Assembly (NCBI GenBank): GCA_016748015.1 | Contig: JAAOMT010000057.1 | Location: 1 to 64,000, forward strand | DNA: 64,000 nucleotides | Direction: 5' to 3' | DNA from: Geosiphon pyriformis uo1 | Lineage: Eukaryota; Fungi; Glomeromycota | Part shown: piece by piece, positions 10,620 to 24,495 of the stretch | Layout: each line of letters begins with the position of its first letter | Position numbering within the stretch: the stretch's first letter is position 1 | Notes under the pieces: model-generated | Databases searched by the model: none | Told to the model about the DNA's origin: nothing | The model's input: only the letters and a program-made list of their open reading frames with translations | Made by a program: the position numbers and the translations under genes

Positions 10620-13600
10620 AAAAAACTTCTTTCTCTCTTTCGTTCTAAATTTCCAAAAAGAGTCAAAAATTTTTTTTGAAAAAAGTTTTTTACAATTCAA
10701 TATGATAAATCCAAACCTTTTTTTGATTTTGAGGCCATGGTCGGCCTCAGTATTGCTGTCATAAAAGAGGTTGTTAAAGATTCTGGCTCTGGTAAAGGTT
10801 TCAGATCTGTTTTGCCAAGGAAGAAGAGAAAAGATGGTGCTTTGAAAGAGAATGTTGGAGACAAAGGAAGATCTGCTAAGGAGCCAAGTGGTCATTTATG
10901 GAGGTCTAAAACTAGTGACACCACTGAGTTTGATAGTGTTGACATGGAGGAAAAATGTCTGATTGAGAAAATTAGCTTTGACTATGGTGAGAGTGGTGTT
11001 CTTGCTAATGGAAATCCTAATTAGACACTTAAGAGGCTAGGTATTAAGACTAAGAAAGTGTTAGGCAAGTCATTAGAAAAGATAGATTTTACTAATCATA
11101 GTGATATGGATGATATTCTATTAGATGGTCCTCTAGAACTTCACTTTCCTTTGAAGAATTTGGTTAATATCTCTGTTTGAAAATCTTTTGCTTTGGACAT
11201 TGGGCTGGATAAAGTGGCTGGAAAATTTTCTCAGAATAAATTTTCAGTGGTCAGAAAATTATTTTCAGGAATCAATGGTTTTGGGGAGGCCTCTACTCTC
11301 TCAAAATTTTCTGGAATCATCTGAGTGACATTTACTTCTGAATTGAGTTTAATAAAAGCCACTGAAAAGGCTGTTAGTGTAAAGATCTTGGTAAATGCTG
11401 ATCTCAAAAAATCTATTAGGCACTCAGATTGGACTGTGATATTGAAAGAAATTTCAATTGGAATGTCAACAGAGACTGTGTGTACTGCATTATCTAAATA
11501 TAATGTGATGGTGTCAATTAAGATACAACTGGTGAGTTTGTGGCAAAAAGCTGTAGTCAAATTTGGTAAGATTGAACAGGCTGATTTGGTCGCAGCTTAT
11601 TGGTCTATTCTGATTGGGAAAGATGCTGTGTGTGTGGCCAAAGCTGATAAGAATAGAGAATTGTAAGATGCAAGAGATCATTATAGGGCTCTGCTCTATA
11701 CTTTGCCAATAGAAACAAATGCTCACAACATCTGGAATTTTATTGGCTCTATTGGTGAGAAAACATGTGCTATCGATTGACATCCAGTTACATATGTTCG
11801 GGCCAGATGTGCCATTGTTTGTTTCGATTTAGCTATATTCTTGGATGCTGCCATGTCCACTATTCTAGTTTTAAAAGATGTGAATTTACACTGGTTTCAT
11901 TTGAGTTTCACTAAATGTGAGAAAATGGGTCATATATTATTGGACTGTTTTGTGAATGGAGATCTTTTCACTGAGAGATCTTCTTATAAAACACTTTTAA
12001 ACACAGATAAAAGCAGGCTAACTATTATCTATATCAAACACTCAGCCCTTGTTGCTTGTTTTGTTGCCTTTAATAGAATTTCTTGGGCAAAGATTGCTGA
12101 TAGATCTTTGTTTCCTCTTCTCTCTGTGCATAATAATTTGATTGATTCTGATTTCTCTTTGAAGATAAGGCCTACTCTATCTGTTACATTTGATATTGAG
12201 AAAAGGTTCACTGTTTTGGAAAGCAGTCTTACCAGCTTTGTAGAACAAATTAGTGAGTTGGCTAAGAGGTTGGACTCACTTGTGCCAGCAGTTTCTCAGT
12301 CTAGCTTTGGATGTCAGCTGCTGATAATCCTCCCATCACAGAATCAAGTGGGTAATGTAGTAATAAGAGAGAGTTTGGGTGGAACTACAGGTGGTGGGAC
12401 TGCTGCGAATTTGGACTCTTCTGCCTCTTCCAAGATGAAAAAACTGGAAAACATGTTGAAAAGACTTTCTGCTTCAGTTCTAAGTCTGACAGCAAGATTT
12501 GATGATTCAATTTTGGCTGGTGGTGCATTTTCTAAACCCTCTTCTCAATGACTGGTCTAGTTTGGAAGTTTGCCACATGCAATATTAGAGGATTGAACAA
12601 TCTTGCAAAACAAAATAATGTTATTCATTGGCACAAAGACAAGAACAATTTAGTTTTTATTTTTACAGAATCAAAGTTGAAAGGAAAGGTTTGCTCCTGG
12701 ATTGTCAACAAATTTGATGGTGTTTGGGTGTTTACCTTTGGTTTGGAATCTGGTCATCTGAGTGCTGATGTCATGGTTGTTATGAACTTTTTATTGGCAA
12801 GACATGTGTGCAGAGTTTCAGAAATGCCTGGTTGGCTTCTGTCTATTAGGTTGCTTTTTAAGAATAAACTTTCAGTTTTAGTTTTGGAACTTTATGCTGG
12901 TGCTTCTTAAGTAATTCACTTTTCTCAGGCTGGCGAAATCAATTCTCTCATTGCAAAGGCTGTGAATAAATTTTTTTTTGTCATTTTTGGTGGTGACTTC
13001 AATAAAAATGGTTCACGTAAAAGTGCAAGTTTCAAAAGATGTCTTGATCTTGATCTGGTTAATTTTTTGGCTGAAAGCACAGTGTTAAAAAAGCCTACTT
13101 GGGAAAACTCTAGAAACATCATGAAAACAATTGATTACATGTTGGTTTCTCCGAATTTGGTCAGCATGATAGTACATTGCAACATTTTTAGAGTAGATGA
13201 GCATTTTAACACAGATCACCAGGCTGTTTCTGTGTCCATTGGTTTAGAAAGACTTTTGGATATGCAGTTAAACTCTCTTTGCAAACAGGCAAATAGAGAT
13301 TGTTGGAAATTTGATTTCAAACATGCTAGAAAAAAGGAATAGAACAATTTTAAGAATGCTACATCAGCCAATACTGCAATGTTCTCAAGTAAATTCACTG
13401 TTTCTGTGGTATCTTTGAATTTGGATGCTATGTGGGATGTTTTTCACAGGATAATGACTTTCTCAGCAAATAGAACATTCAAAAAGAAATGGTTTAAGAG
13501 TTATAATGAAGTTTTTACCAAAGAGTCTTCTAGATTTTATAGGCTAGAGTTGTTAGTATCTAAGCTGGTTAAGGCCTTCTATCTGGTTTTTAGTGTGAAA

Positions 13601-16600
13601 TTTGTGTCATTGCTGAATACGTAGGTTGAACTTGATGTTGTTGGTGTGTTAATAGTAAAATCTTTATTTTTTTCAGGTTCCAATTTTGACATAATTTGTT
13701 CTGTTCTGGCTAAGATAAGAAAATTTTACTGCTCCTCTAAGTTGCCGGAATTCAGGTATGCTGAGAAATCACACATTAGGGCAGCTGTTAATAAGAGAAT
13801 AGAAAGTTTTGAGTCAGACAAGAAACACATCATTAGAAGTGTTTTGGAGTGTTCTTTTCACAAAATGGTATTGAACTATCTGATTGTAGAAGATGAGTTG
13901 GTATTGGAGTCCAGCTTAGTTAAGTCTGGTATAAATGGAATTATGGAAGATTGAACCAGAAAGCACAGGATGGTGTTTGATGTCTCAGATAACTGGTTAT
14001 AACAATACCAGCCTTTGGAGTATGTTTTTGATGGTGCCTTTTTGAGTGTAATATGTCCAGTTAATTTTGATAAGTTGCTTGGTATGGTTTCTAATCTGCC
14101 TAAGGGCAAAGCTGCTGGTCTTTTTGAAATTTCAAACAAGCTTTGGAAGTATTATAACAAGTCAATTTTGGATATGCTTTTGGTGTTTTTGAATTCTTGC
14201 CTGATCCATAAGTCAGTACTCAGTGCCTGAAAGAAAACTTGGGTTTTGATGATTCTCAAGCTGTATGAGTGGAAGGGAGTTCTTACAAACACCTGACTTA
14301 TTGTCTTGATCAAGACTGTCTGCAAAATTCTTTCCAAGATTCTTTCCAAGATTCTTTCAAATAGAATCTTGTCAGCTTGTAATACTTATGATGTTTTATA
14401 TGGGGACAATTTTTCAGTTTTATAGGGTATAACAACACAGTCTCTTATTTTTGCCATTGGTTTGGTTATTGAAGATGCTTTGAAGAAAAATTGTGAACTC
14501 TGGTTGGTTTTGCAGAACATGCAGAAGGCTTATGATTCTGTTGGGTGGAAGCATCTTTGAAACAGTTTGATTAGAATAAAAATGTGCAACAGGTTCATTA
14601 GATTTTTTGATGGTATTCATAATAGTCGTGTAAATAAGATTATGACAGATTTTGGTTTGTCAGATAGGTACAGGGTGCATGATAGCTTAGATCAGAGAGA
14701 GGTGTTCTTACTACTTCTTTGGTATATATTTTATAATTCTCTTCTGTATAAGGTCAAGAAGCAAGCAAGCAGATGTGGGTATAGGTTGAATTCTTACTTT
14801 ATTTCTGGATGTAGTTGTGCTAAATCTTGGGCTGGTCTCTCTTTCTTTTTTACTGCAGGTGCTTTTGTTGATGATACTATATGGGTTGGCAGCAGTCAAA
14901 GTGCTACACAGCATATTCTCAATATTGTTAGTGAATTTTTTGACACCAATGACATTTCAATTAATAATAAAAAAACAGTGGTCATCTCTATCAATTGCTG
15001 AGTTATAAATTTCTCTCTGTTAATCAGTAGGTCACCAATTTTTGTTGCCAAAAAAGGAGAATTGCATCACTATCTGGATATCTTTTTGTTCATTGAGGGT
15101 CTTTCAAAGCCTAGCTTGGTTAAGGCAAATTCTGATGTCTGGTTCTTTGCTAATTTTGTCCTAAGGAAGGTGGTTTCTAATAAGCAGTTTTTATATTTGG
15201 TTTCAGCAGTTCTCTATCTTATCATTGACTATAAAATGCAATTCAGTTTTGTTTCTACCAGTGTATGCAATAAGTGAGACACTTTGATTTGTAAAGGCTT
15301 AAAGTTTAAGTCTGGTTTGCTGTGCAACTTCCCCAATAATGCAATTTATCATCCTTTTCTGTATGATTTAAAGACTTTTGAGCAGATTCAGGCTGAAAGC
15401 AAAGTGGCCTTGGTCATTTTTTTTGTAAACTCTGTTGAAATTTTGGGTAGACTGTTCTTTTACCAGTCACATAATCTTCAGGTTCTCTGTTGGCATCCAC
15501 TTCACCCTTTGCAATACTCAGTTTATATCAAAATCAACTTTTTAAATAATTTTTTAGCAGGTATGATGTGTATTTTCTCTGAAAGTAAATTGACTTTGAG
15601 TGGGTCTCTGGTCAGTGCTTTTTGTCATCATGGCAGAACCCCTATGTCTCTTGTTCTTGGTGAATCAAATTATCTTAGGTATGTCTTTTCACTTTGGCAT
15701 TATGGAATTGCTTTTATAGACCAACTTTGTAACTAGAGTGAAGCTATTTTCGGTTGAAAGACCTTCAAACAATGGAAGTAGTTAGACTTACATGGTTCAG
15801 TTCCCACCTGGTTTGAGCTTTCTGTTCAGTTTCTTAGTGGTGTGTCTTTTTAGTCTGTCTGTTCTTCACTTTTAGACAATTATGGCTCTTTAAATGTTCT
15901 TCAGTCTCATGAGTATGGTGTTATTAGTGATGGTTTGTTGTGTGCTGATATTGATTATCTTTCTGTCTATATGGATAAATCATTGAGCAGTTTAGGAACT
16001 TTTAATATGAAAGCTGGGGCTGCTGTTTTCTTTGAAGACATAGATATGGGTCTGGATGTGGGAGTGTCTGGTTTGATGTCTTCTACCATGACAAAATTGC
16101 AGACCATTGCTCTGGTTCTTGAGTGTGTTCCTTCTTTTTGCTTAGTCAACTTGTTCTCAGACAGTCAAGTGGCTTTGGACACATACAAGTTGGAGTTGAA
16201 ATTGGCTTATCTGGATTTCAGAAATTGGTGTTGAATTGAACACTGCCACATTGCCAGTGTCATTCATCATAAGAATTTAAATATTAATTGGCATAAGATT
16301 AAAGATCACTTGGAAGTTTCAGACAATGAGTGTGCTAATGAGTTGGCCAGGACTGCTGTCCTCTCTAGTTGGCATCTGCCCTATTTAGTTAATAAACACT
16401 TTCTTAAAGTTGGTGGTACAGCTGTTTTTGGTAATTCTAGGCATTTTGTTTGGAATGTTTTTTGGTCTGTTTATTGTGTGCATTGGGAAGTTAGTTCCAG
16501 TTCCCAGGTAGTAGTGGCCCATTTGTATACAGATATTAACTGGCTTAGATTATTTATGGTTTGGCATCTGGATTCTTACATGGCTGCTGGTTTTACTAGC

Positions 16601-18343
16601 AAGCAAACTGCTGGCTTCTAGACATATTTCATAAAAGCCTTGCACTATTGGCTCTCTGTTGTTGTACATAAACAACTTTATAATAAGCAGTATCCTAGTA
16701 TGGTGTGTTTGTTCTGTGGTGATGTCAAAGTCTCAGACCATGCTTTTTCTTGTTTATTTGATGTTGCAGATTGTTGGTGAACATTCATGCATCTACTTGG
16801 GGAGTGCACTCTGGTTTAATTCATTTTTCCTCAAGTATTTTGCAGCTGTTGTCTACTTGTGTTTCTGACATTTTGGTCAGCACTGCTCTATGTAAGGACT
16901 TTGTTTTCAGAGATTGGTTTCATAAATCTGTTTCCGTTTTTACAGACTTCAAGATAGTGGGTTAAAATATTGTAGCCTTTGTGCATGAGTTTAGTTTTGC
17001 ATTTTGGAAAAACATTTGGTTGGTTTGTGCCAAGCACCATGCATTTATGAAAAAAAATAGGCTTATTCTATGTAATAGATCTGTTCTTCCTCTGACTTCT
17101 GGGTTTTTTTCAATGCTTTTAACTGGCATGGCCAGGTTGTTGGGTGTTGCCAAAGCATTTGGTGTTGGTTTTAGGCTTTATAAGCCCTGTTTATTCTTTT
17201 CAGGTATAAATAACATGTTTTCTGTTCATATAGATGTTGTTACCAGACAAAATTAGAGATATTGTTTAGCATGAAATTACCCTTATAAATCTTATCAATA
17301 ATTAGCATATATTATCATTTCAAATTATCACTTATTACATTAGCAAAATATCCGAAATTATTATTTAATTAATAACTCAATTTGTACATAACACAAATAT
17401 AACCTAATTGTGATGATTAATCATGCAATACCCCAAACTATGTAATATTCAAAAAGTTTGCCAAAATAATTGATAGTTTGCCAAAATATCTAATAGTTCA
17501 CAGAAATAACTTGTAGTTTACCAAAATGTATCTTTAGTTCAGCAAAATTATAGAAAATAGCAAAGTTCAAGTTCATAGAATAGTGTTATGACAAGTTGTA
17601 TAAAAGAAGAGCTTCTCTCTTCAAAGAAATATATCTTACTTTAGATTTAACAATTAGGATCATTCTTTACACACAAAAATGAAATAAATATCAAATAATT
17701 TGAAAAATCAAATTCTTAATTATTTCCCTTTTGAAATTAACCAATTCTTACTAAACAGTTTTGAAATTGATTAGCTACCAATTTCAATAAACTGTTAGTG
17801 ACTTCAGGCCTGGATAGAAAACATTTCCCTTGATAAAATTCTATTTCTTTTACATTTCTTTTATTTTTCTTTTCTTTTCTTATTACAATCATTAAGGTAG
17901 CCTACAGACAAGATTCCTGTAGAAGAGTTGACTTTCATAGCAAAGTAACTACACAATTTTAGTGAGCTTCCAAACGAGCATTTCCTAGAAAAGAGTTGAT
18001 GTTTACTACAATGTAACTACACAAGTAATTGACATAGAATTGGCCATTCTACTTATAAGCCCAGCAGTTTAAATTATAGAAGATAATTTGAAGATAAATT
18101 CAGTTATTGGAGGTTCAAACACTTCCCATAATCATGAATTAACAGCATTACAACAAACATACAAGAGCTAAGCAAAGACCAAAAACCTCTGATAATAATG
18201 TTTAGTGTTGTTCTGATTGGTCTAAGTGGCTGGTCACATGTAGAAAGTACATGATTTACACCTAGTTTAGATTATTTACATAATGTATAATGCTAGGCAG
18301 TGTTTGGATTTTACTTGTTAATAAATAAAATAAAATAAAAAAA
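10620..18343 (+). mobile_element. LINE-A: near full-length decayed non-LTR retrotransposon (ORF1 ~10737-12551; ORF2 APE-RT-RNaseH-CCHC from 12548), interrupted at its last codon by a solo LTR
   Basis: APE motifs (FATCNIRGLN, GGDFN, IDY, TDH), RT GAFVDDTIW and an RNase H region. The 3' UTR and A-rich tail lie at 18202-18343. Possible TSD aaacaaaca. Many in-frame stops. Confidence 0.92.
17238..18197. mobile_element. Solo LTR (~960 bp) with a 4-bp ATGT target-site duplication
   Basis: Begins TGTTACCAGA and ends TCTGATAATA (decayed inverted end). ATGT lies at 17234-17237 and 18198-18201. Removing it restores the LINE ORF2 end HIDV*. Confidence 0.75.
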
Positions 18344-18591
18344 CAAACATAAGTTAAATTATTATTTAAAGATATTTAGAATTGGAAAATTTACACAGCT
18401 AATTACAAATTTAAAATTAAATATTTTAAAATTATGTTATAATTTTTAATTATATTATTATTTAGAATAATAATTTTATCAATATTATATTACAGACTTA
18501 TAAAATATTATAAAATATTTTACTTTCTTTATAAGTATAGTTTAATAAAAAATTTTATAAATGTTTAAATATTATAAAAATTAAAGCTTAA

Positions 18592-18670
18592 ATTTATTTT
18601 GTTTTGTTTTGTTTTATTTTGTTTTATTTTATTTTATTTTATTTTATTTTATTTTGTTTTGTTTTGTCTT
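18592..18670. repeat. (TTTTA/TTTTG)n pentanucleotide microsatellite
   Basis: The tandem array is directly visible. Confidence 0.85.
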
Positions 18671-20419
18671 ATTTAATTTTAATTCTATTTTATTTTTGTT
18701 TTTTGTTTTTTAATACTCTTGTAGTCTAATTATTAACTATTTTTATATGGTCTATTATTATAAATTATACAACTAGCTATTTTTTTATATTATTATAATA
18801 ATTTAATTAACTTTATAATTTTAAAACAAATTAATTTTGCTTAAGTTTTTTAAGTTTTTTAACATATTTAAAAGTTTTTTATACAGTTTTAATATGTTTA
18901 AATTATTATATTATAAACTATTATATTTAAATTTAATCTAAAAAATTTAATAACAATTATTTAAAACTTTAAAGTTTTATTAATTAGATTTATACAACTT
19001 TATTTTTATTATTATTTAAATAATATTAGCCAATTAGACTTATTAATTTATTTTTTATAAATAAAATTTGTATATTTAACAAATGTTTATTTATTTTTAA
19101 TATATTTATATAGTTATTTTTTAATTATATTTTTATTAAATTTAATTTAATTTTTTAATATATTATATATATTATATACTTTTTTATAAGTAATTTAAAA
19201 TTTTAAAATTTATAAATATTTATATTTTAAACTTTGTACTTAATTTTTAATTAATTAAAATTTTTAAATATAATAGTATTTAAATTAACAATATACTTAA
19301 TTTAAGCTTTTAAAAAACAAAACAACTTAATATTTATAATAAAATTAATTTTAACAATTACAAAAAAAAAATCTTTATTATTATTAATTTAATTAATTAA
19401 ACTTGATAAGTTTTGCAATTTAAATATATATTTTATATTATTAAAGTTATTAAAAAAACCAAATTAAATTTTAACAAAAAAGCAATAATTTTAACATATA
19501 ATTTTAAGTTAATAAATTAATTAACAAAAAATTTAAATACAGCAAAAAATTGAAAACCAATTTTATAATTAAATATTAATAATTTAAACTTAAATATTTA
19601 TAATAATACTAATATTCAAAAAATTTTACCAAATACAATTTTTGTATAAAATATTATTTAATAATTGTTTATTAAATTTCAAAATAACAATAATAAAAAA
19701 TAAAATAATTATTAACTTAAAAAACCAAATAATTAATTTTAAAAATTACATAATTAAAAACAAAATTAATTAACTTAATTTTAAAAAATAATAACTTTTT
19801 TTAATTAATAAAAAAAATTTTGATACTGATTTTTATTATTAAAATCAACTAATAAATAAAAATAAATTTAATAATATTAAAAAAATTAAATATATTATTA
19901 CAAACCAACAAATTTTAATTTATAATTTATAATTTTATTAAAAAAATATGCAAAAAAATACTATCTAAAGTTATAATAACAAAAACAAAATATATAAAAA
20001 AATTAATTAATATAATTTAAATAACAGTATTTAAAAAATTTAAGATGTAAATTTTACATAAAAACGTTTAATATTGTTTTTAATAATTCAAAAAAACCAC
20101 ATAAAAACTAAAATACAACTTTAATATAAGTTAATTTAATCTTAATAACTTTATAAAATATTAAAATAAAAACTATTTATTTAAAAAAATTTAAATATTT
20201 TTTAAATATTATTAAAATTAACAGTATTTTTTAAAATAAAATGGTTTAATTTTTGTTTAATTGTTTCAATTTTTATATTAAACAACTTAATAATTTAATT
20301 AATAAAAATTACATATAAAAATATAACTTGTTTTGCTTTTAAAATTGGCAAAATAAGTAAAATTTAATATAATTAATTAATTATATACTTTTTTTTTATT
20401 ACTATTTTACAAGTACAAT

Positions 20420-22560
20420 TTAATTACTATTTAGTATATAGAGTCAAGACAATAGACTTTAGCTAAATATAATTCACACTCTTACTATATGTAATTAACT
20501 ACTTAAACCAGTTCAAACTATACTATATTGATATTTTTTTAGAAAAAAACTTATTTAAAGAAAACATTTTTTGAATAATTTCAAATAATATAGTATTATT
20601 ATTAATTAATCCAACCAGTTATTTAGCTGTTTTAAAGACATAAGTTTTTACAACAACAGATTTATGTTTTCAAAGTAACATCAAATTAGAAAACATATTA
20701 TCATTAATAGAAAACAAACTTGTATAAAAACCAAACATATTAATGTTTTTATAGCTACACTTTGTCTTTAAAGCAATTATTTTTTATTCTAGTTTATTAA
20801 TAGTTTTATTAAAAATATTCATGTATATTAAAACTTTATTGATCTTAAAGTCAAAAACACTACTTAAAACCAAATTTCTATTAACAAATTGTTTAAACAC
20901 TTTAATCATAAAACCAACAAGTTTAACAATAAAATTAACCAGAACAAAAAGCTTGGCCATTTTAGATTTCAAAAAAGTCAACTGAAAAAAAACCACAAGA
21001 TTATTAGTTATTATATTAATAAACAAAGCTAAACCAATTAAAGGACAAAAAACCAAAAGAGACACAGAAGCAACAACCTTAACATAAAACTTGTTGCCAA
21101 TAATACAAGAAACAAAAATCTTAAGAATCTTAGAAAAAAAAAGTAAAGACACTTTATAATTTAAAGTTAGATGATTCAAATTTTGGCACCAAAAGCAGTG
21201 CTAATTTCCAAGAGTTTTTTACCAGATATAACATTTTTTCAGTATAGTAGTCTTGACAACTACAGCATTTAAATCTTTTTAAAAGCCAAATATAACCAGA
21301 ACAAACCAAAAACAATGACCAAAATTAGAAAAATAAGGAATAAAACATGGCTGATTACCAATTTGAGAAATTATATTACTGATTTCAAAGACAGTACAGC
21401 CAAAAAAAAGATTAATCAACTTGGTCTTAAACCTATTATAAGACAGAATAGTTTCATTTTAATTTATTAAAAAAAGAATCTTAATATTATTCTTATCCAC
21501 CAAAACTAACCAATTATTCAAAGTGAATACAGCAAAGTTTAGTTTTTTAAAATAAACAACTATATATTGCCAAATACTAATAGGCTTTTACATAACACAA
21601 ATAATTTTACCAAACACACTGAAAACTGTCTTAAAATCAGCAGCAAATATATCTAAAAACACATCATATAGCACAAAAAAAGAACCAGACTTAGAAATTA
21701 CCAAAAACTTGGCAATCTTAAAAGTGACTAAATGAATAAAACTTGTAAGTTCAACCAAAAAGACAGTTTTCAAAGACTTTTGAGAAGTAAACTCTATATA
21801 AAAAAGCTTTATATTGTCTTTTAATACTGACTTTGCATCCAAAAAACTATGTACAGATTGGAAAATAGTCTTAATATAAGCCAATTTAATTTTAAAAGTA
21901 GTACCAAACACCAAAGTAGAAACTATTTATTTAGTAAACTTTTGACAATTAGTAATAGTTTCCCAAACACTATTAGTAACAGCACCAGAAATTAACAAAA
22001 AAGATGATTTAGTTTTTAAGAACAGGTAACTTTACAGAAAATAGTTGTTTGCTTTTAAAACCAGCAATAATCTGCTAAAAAACACCATATTTGACAATAC
22101 AGTCAGTGGTTGATCTTGGCCTATTTTGGATAACATGCTAGATAATACAACAGAAATTTTATCTAAGATTTTATTAGAAACTATAAAAAGGTTTGGTATA
22201 ATATTAGCAAAAATAAGTAACTGCTTCCATTTTTTTGAACTTTTGGTTTTTTTGATTATTTTTTTAAAAAAGAGACACTAGCAATATCTGATATAAAAAC
22301 TATAAAAAAAACACAGTTTGTTAATTGGTTTGTTATTAAAAATTTTTGGGCTCTTTAAAAGAATAGAAACAATACTAGAACTGATTTAAGTATGTTTTTT
22401 TAAAAAAATTTTGACTGGTAAAAAACCAGTCAAAGATAAAAAAAATGCTTTAATAGCTACTAAAGACAGCTTTTCATAATTATTAGATAAAAAAAAGACT
22501 TTTAAAATATTCTGCTTAATTGTTTTTATAATAAAAAGAGCTTTTTTGATTAAAATTTTA
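20420..22560 (-). mobile_element. LINE-H: heavily decayed 5' part (ORF1 and ORF2 start) of a different LINE subfamily, fading into AT-rich sequence toward ~18400
   Basis: ORF1-like remnants (FKIKLAYIKTIFQSVHSFLDAKSV..; ADFKTVFSVFGKI RRM-like) with frequent stops. Confidence 0.55.
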
Positions 22561-22692
22561 TAAATATTTTAAGAGAAATATTAAGTACAGCTTTTTTACT
22601 TTTTGCTTTGGTTGTGATTATAAAATTAAGAAAACAAAAAGTTTTTAATAGTAATTTTATTATATACTAATTAAAATTAATTTTAATAAATA

Positions 22693-22723
<31 letters not shown>

Positions 22724-24495
22724 TTTTTTTTTATTAAGTTTTTACGAGTGCAGCCCAACCACAACCTAAGTACATAGATCAAATTAATCTAAATTAAGCA
22801 TGGCTCATGCTTTTTCTACACATAACCAGCCACTTGGGCCAATCAAGACAACACTATACACCCAAACACTCTGCTACAGAAATACCACAGAGAAAACCAA
22901 AATCTAAACTAGTCAAACATGGATGCAATCCAAAACACACATGGATATCTAACTTGAAACCAAAATTCCGGATTATCTTAGTAGACCACAACGAAGATAA
23001 ACCAGACACCAAAGGAATAGGCAATCTATCACGTAGCAGAAAATTATGTTTCTCATAATAGGCCTTTAGCTTAGCCACTGGCAGTCAAACGGCAAACCTG
23101 TGATTCTCAGCGAAATGGCAAATGAAATTGACCACTAATGTACCCCCATCAGAGTCAGCACCCAACTGGCCTACTGTGTTAACCATCCAACTCTTTAGCA
23201 CAAAACTTTTAGCCAATACTGTGTACAAGTTAATAGAAGAAGCAGCCTCATTTAGTGAAATAGCAATTGCATTTCCATTGAAAAAAGTGCTCAGCAACAC
23301 ATCCCACTCCAAAGTAGCATTAGATAACAAAATATTTCTAATATTCATATTATGACTGCAAGAGAAAATGTGATTAGAATCCTTCACTAAGCCACACCAA
23401 ATACAGGCAACACTCAGATAACTCAGATTATACATTTTTTTTCTTTTAGCCATAGGCAAGCGATGATGAAACACTTTTATAAAGTATGACCAAAGTGTTG
23501 CCAACACAGTGCCCGTGTAACCAATCCTGCCATCAAAATGCCAAACACAAAAGGTTCTGGCTTTATCAAAACGGTTACTAAGATCTATACTGATAACACT
23601 ACCAACACATTTGGCCTTCCAACCAACAAAGTAAACAGCATTGAACAATTTTTTGACAACATGACGAGTATTTCCAGAAACAGATCTGTCTTCAACAACG
23701 AAAAAGTGATAAGGCACTACAACAGAAAGGAAAAACTTAGAAGTGACAACTGCATTGGCATAGAAATCAGCACATTTATTTCCAACAACACCAGAATGGC
23801 CTTTAACCTTATTCTATGTAACTGACAAATCTTTTTTTGCAATAACATGGCGAATATGTTCTTTCTCAATCCAGCATTTATTACAAAAGTCAGAACCAGC
23901 TATACCACTGGTGAATTTACACAAGTCTAATGAGGCTTGGCTGTCCATATATAAAACAACCAACCGAAAAGTGAGCACACATTCCAAAGCAAGTGCAATG
24001 GCCTGCATTTCTGCCAAAGTTGATGACAGCAACCCATATACCTTAACCCAACACTAGTGTTCACATCTGAAAAATAGGTGACAGCACTATCATAAGCATG
24101 AGATAAACCCAAATTCTTGACAGAACCATCAGTATAGACAGTTATAAAGTCCAACTTGGAATCTAGCAGACATTCACTAACATAACCAAAGTTACAAGGA
24201 GATTCAGTAGGAGCAAAATGAGAAGACAACATCACCCCATTTGACAAGCCACTTTTGTTGATAAATTTTACCAGAGAAACAAACCAGACAGGAACTGGGC
24301 TCTTAGGGTTCAGCTTCTTTCACCTCTGAAAAGTGTTCTACATAAAACATCTGCTGTGGTGGTCCAGAAGCTGGTTCGCAAACACCATACTGTATCTCTT
24401 AAGAGACTTCACTATGCTCAAATAGGACTCAAAACCGAGTACATCCAAGACTGCTATATTATTTCTTGCCTGAAAAACATTAGGCAGGTCACCAC

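Noticed and set aside
14325-14360. 12-bp tandem duplication (ILSK repeat) in LINE-A RT
   Set aside because: Simple slippage in a dead copy.
10737-17237. Alternative genetic code or readthrough (TGA/TAG at Trp positions)
   Set aside because: Stop positions differ among copies and match G>A decay. Host genes use TGA, TAA and TAG as normal stops.
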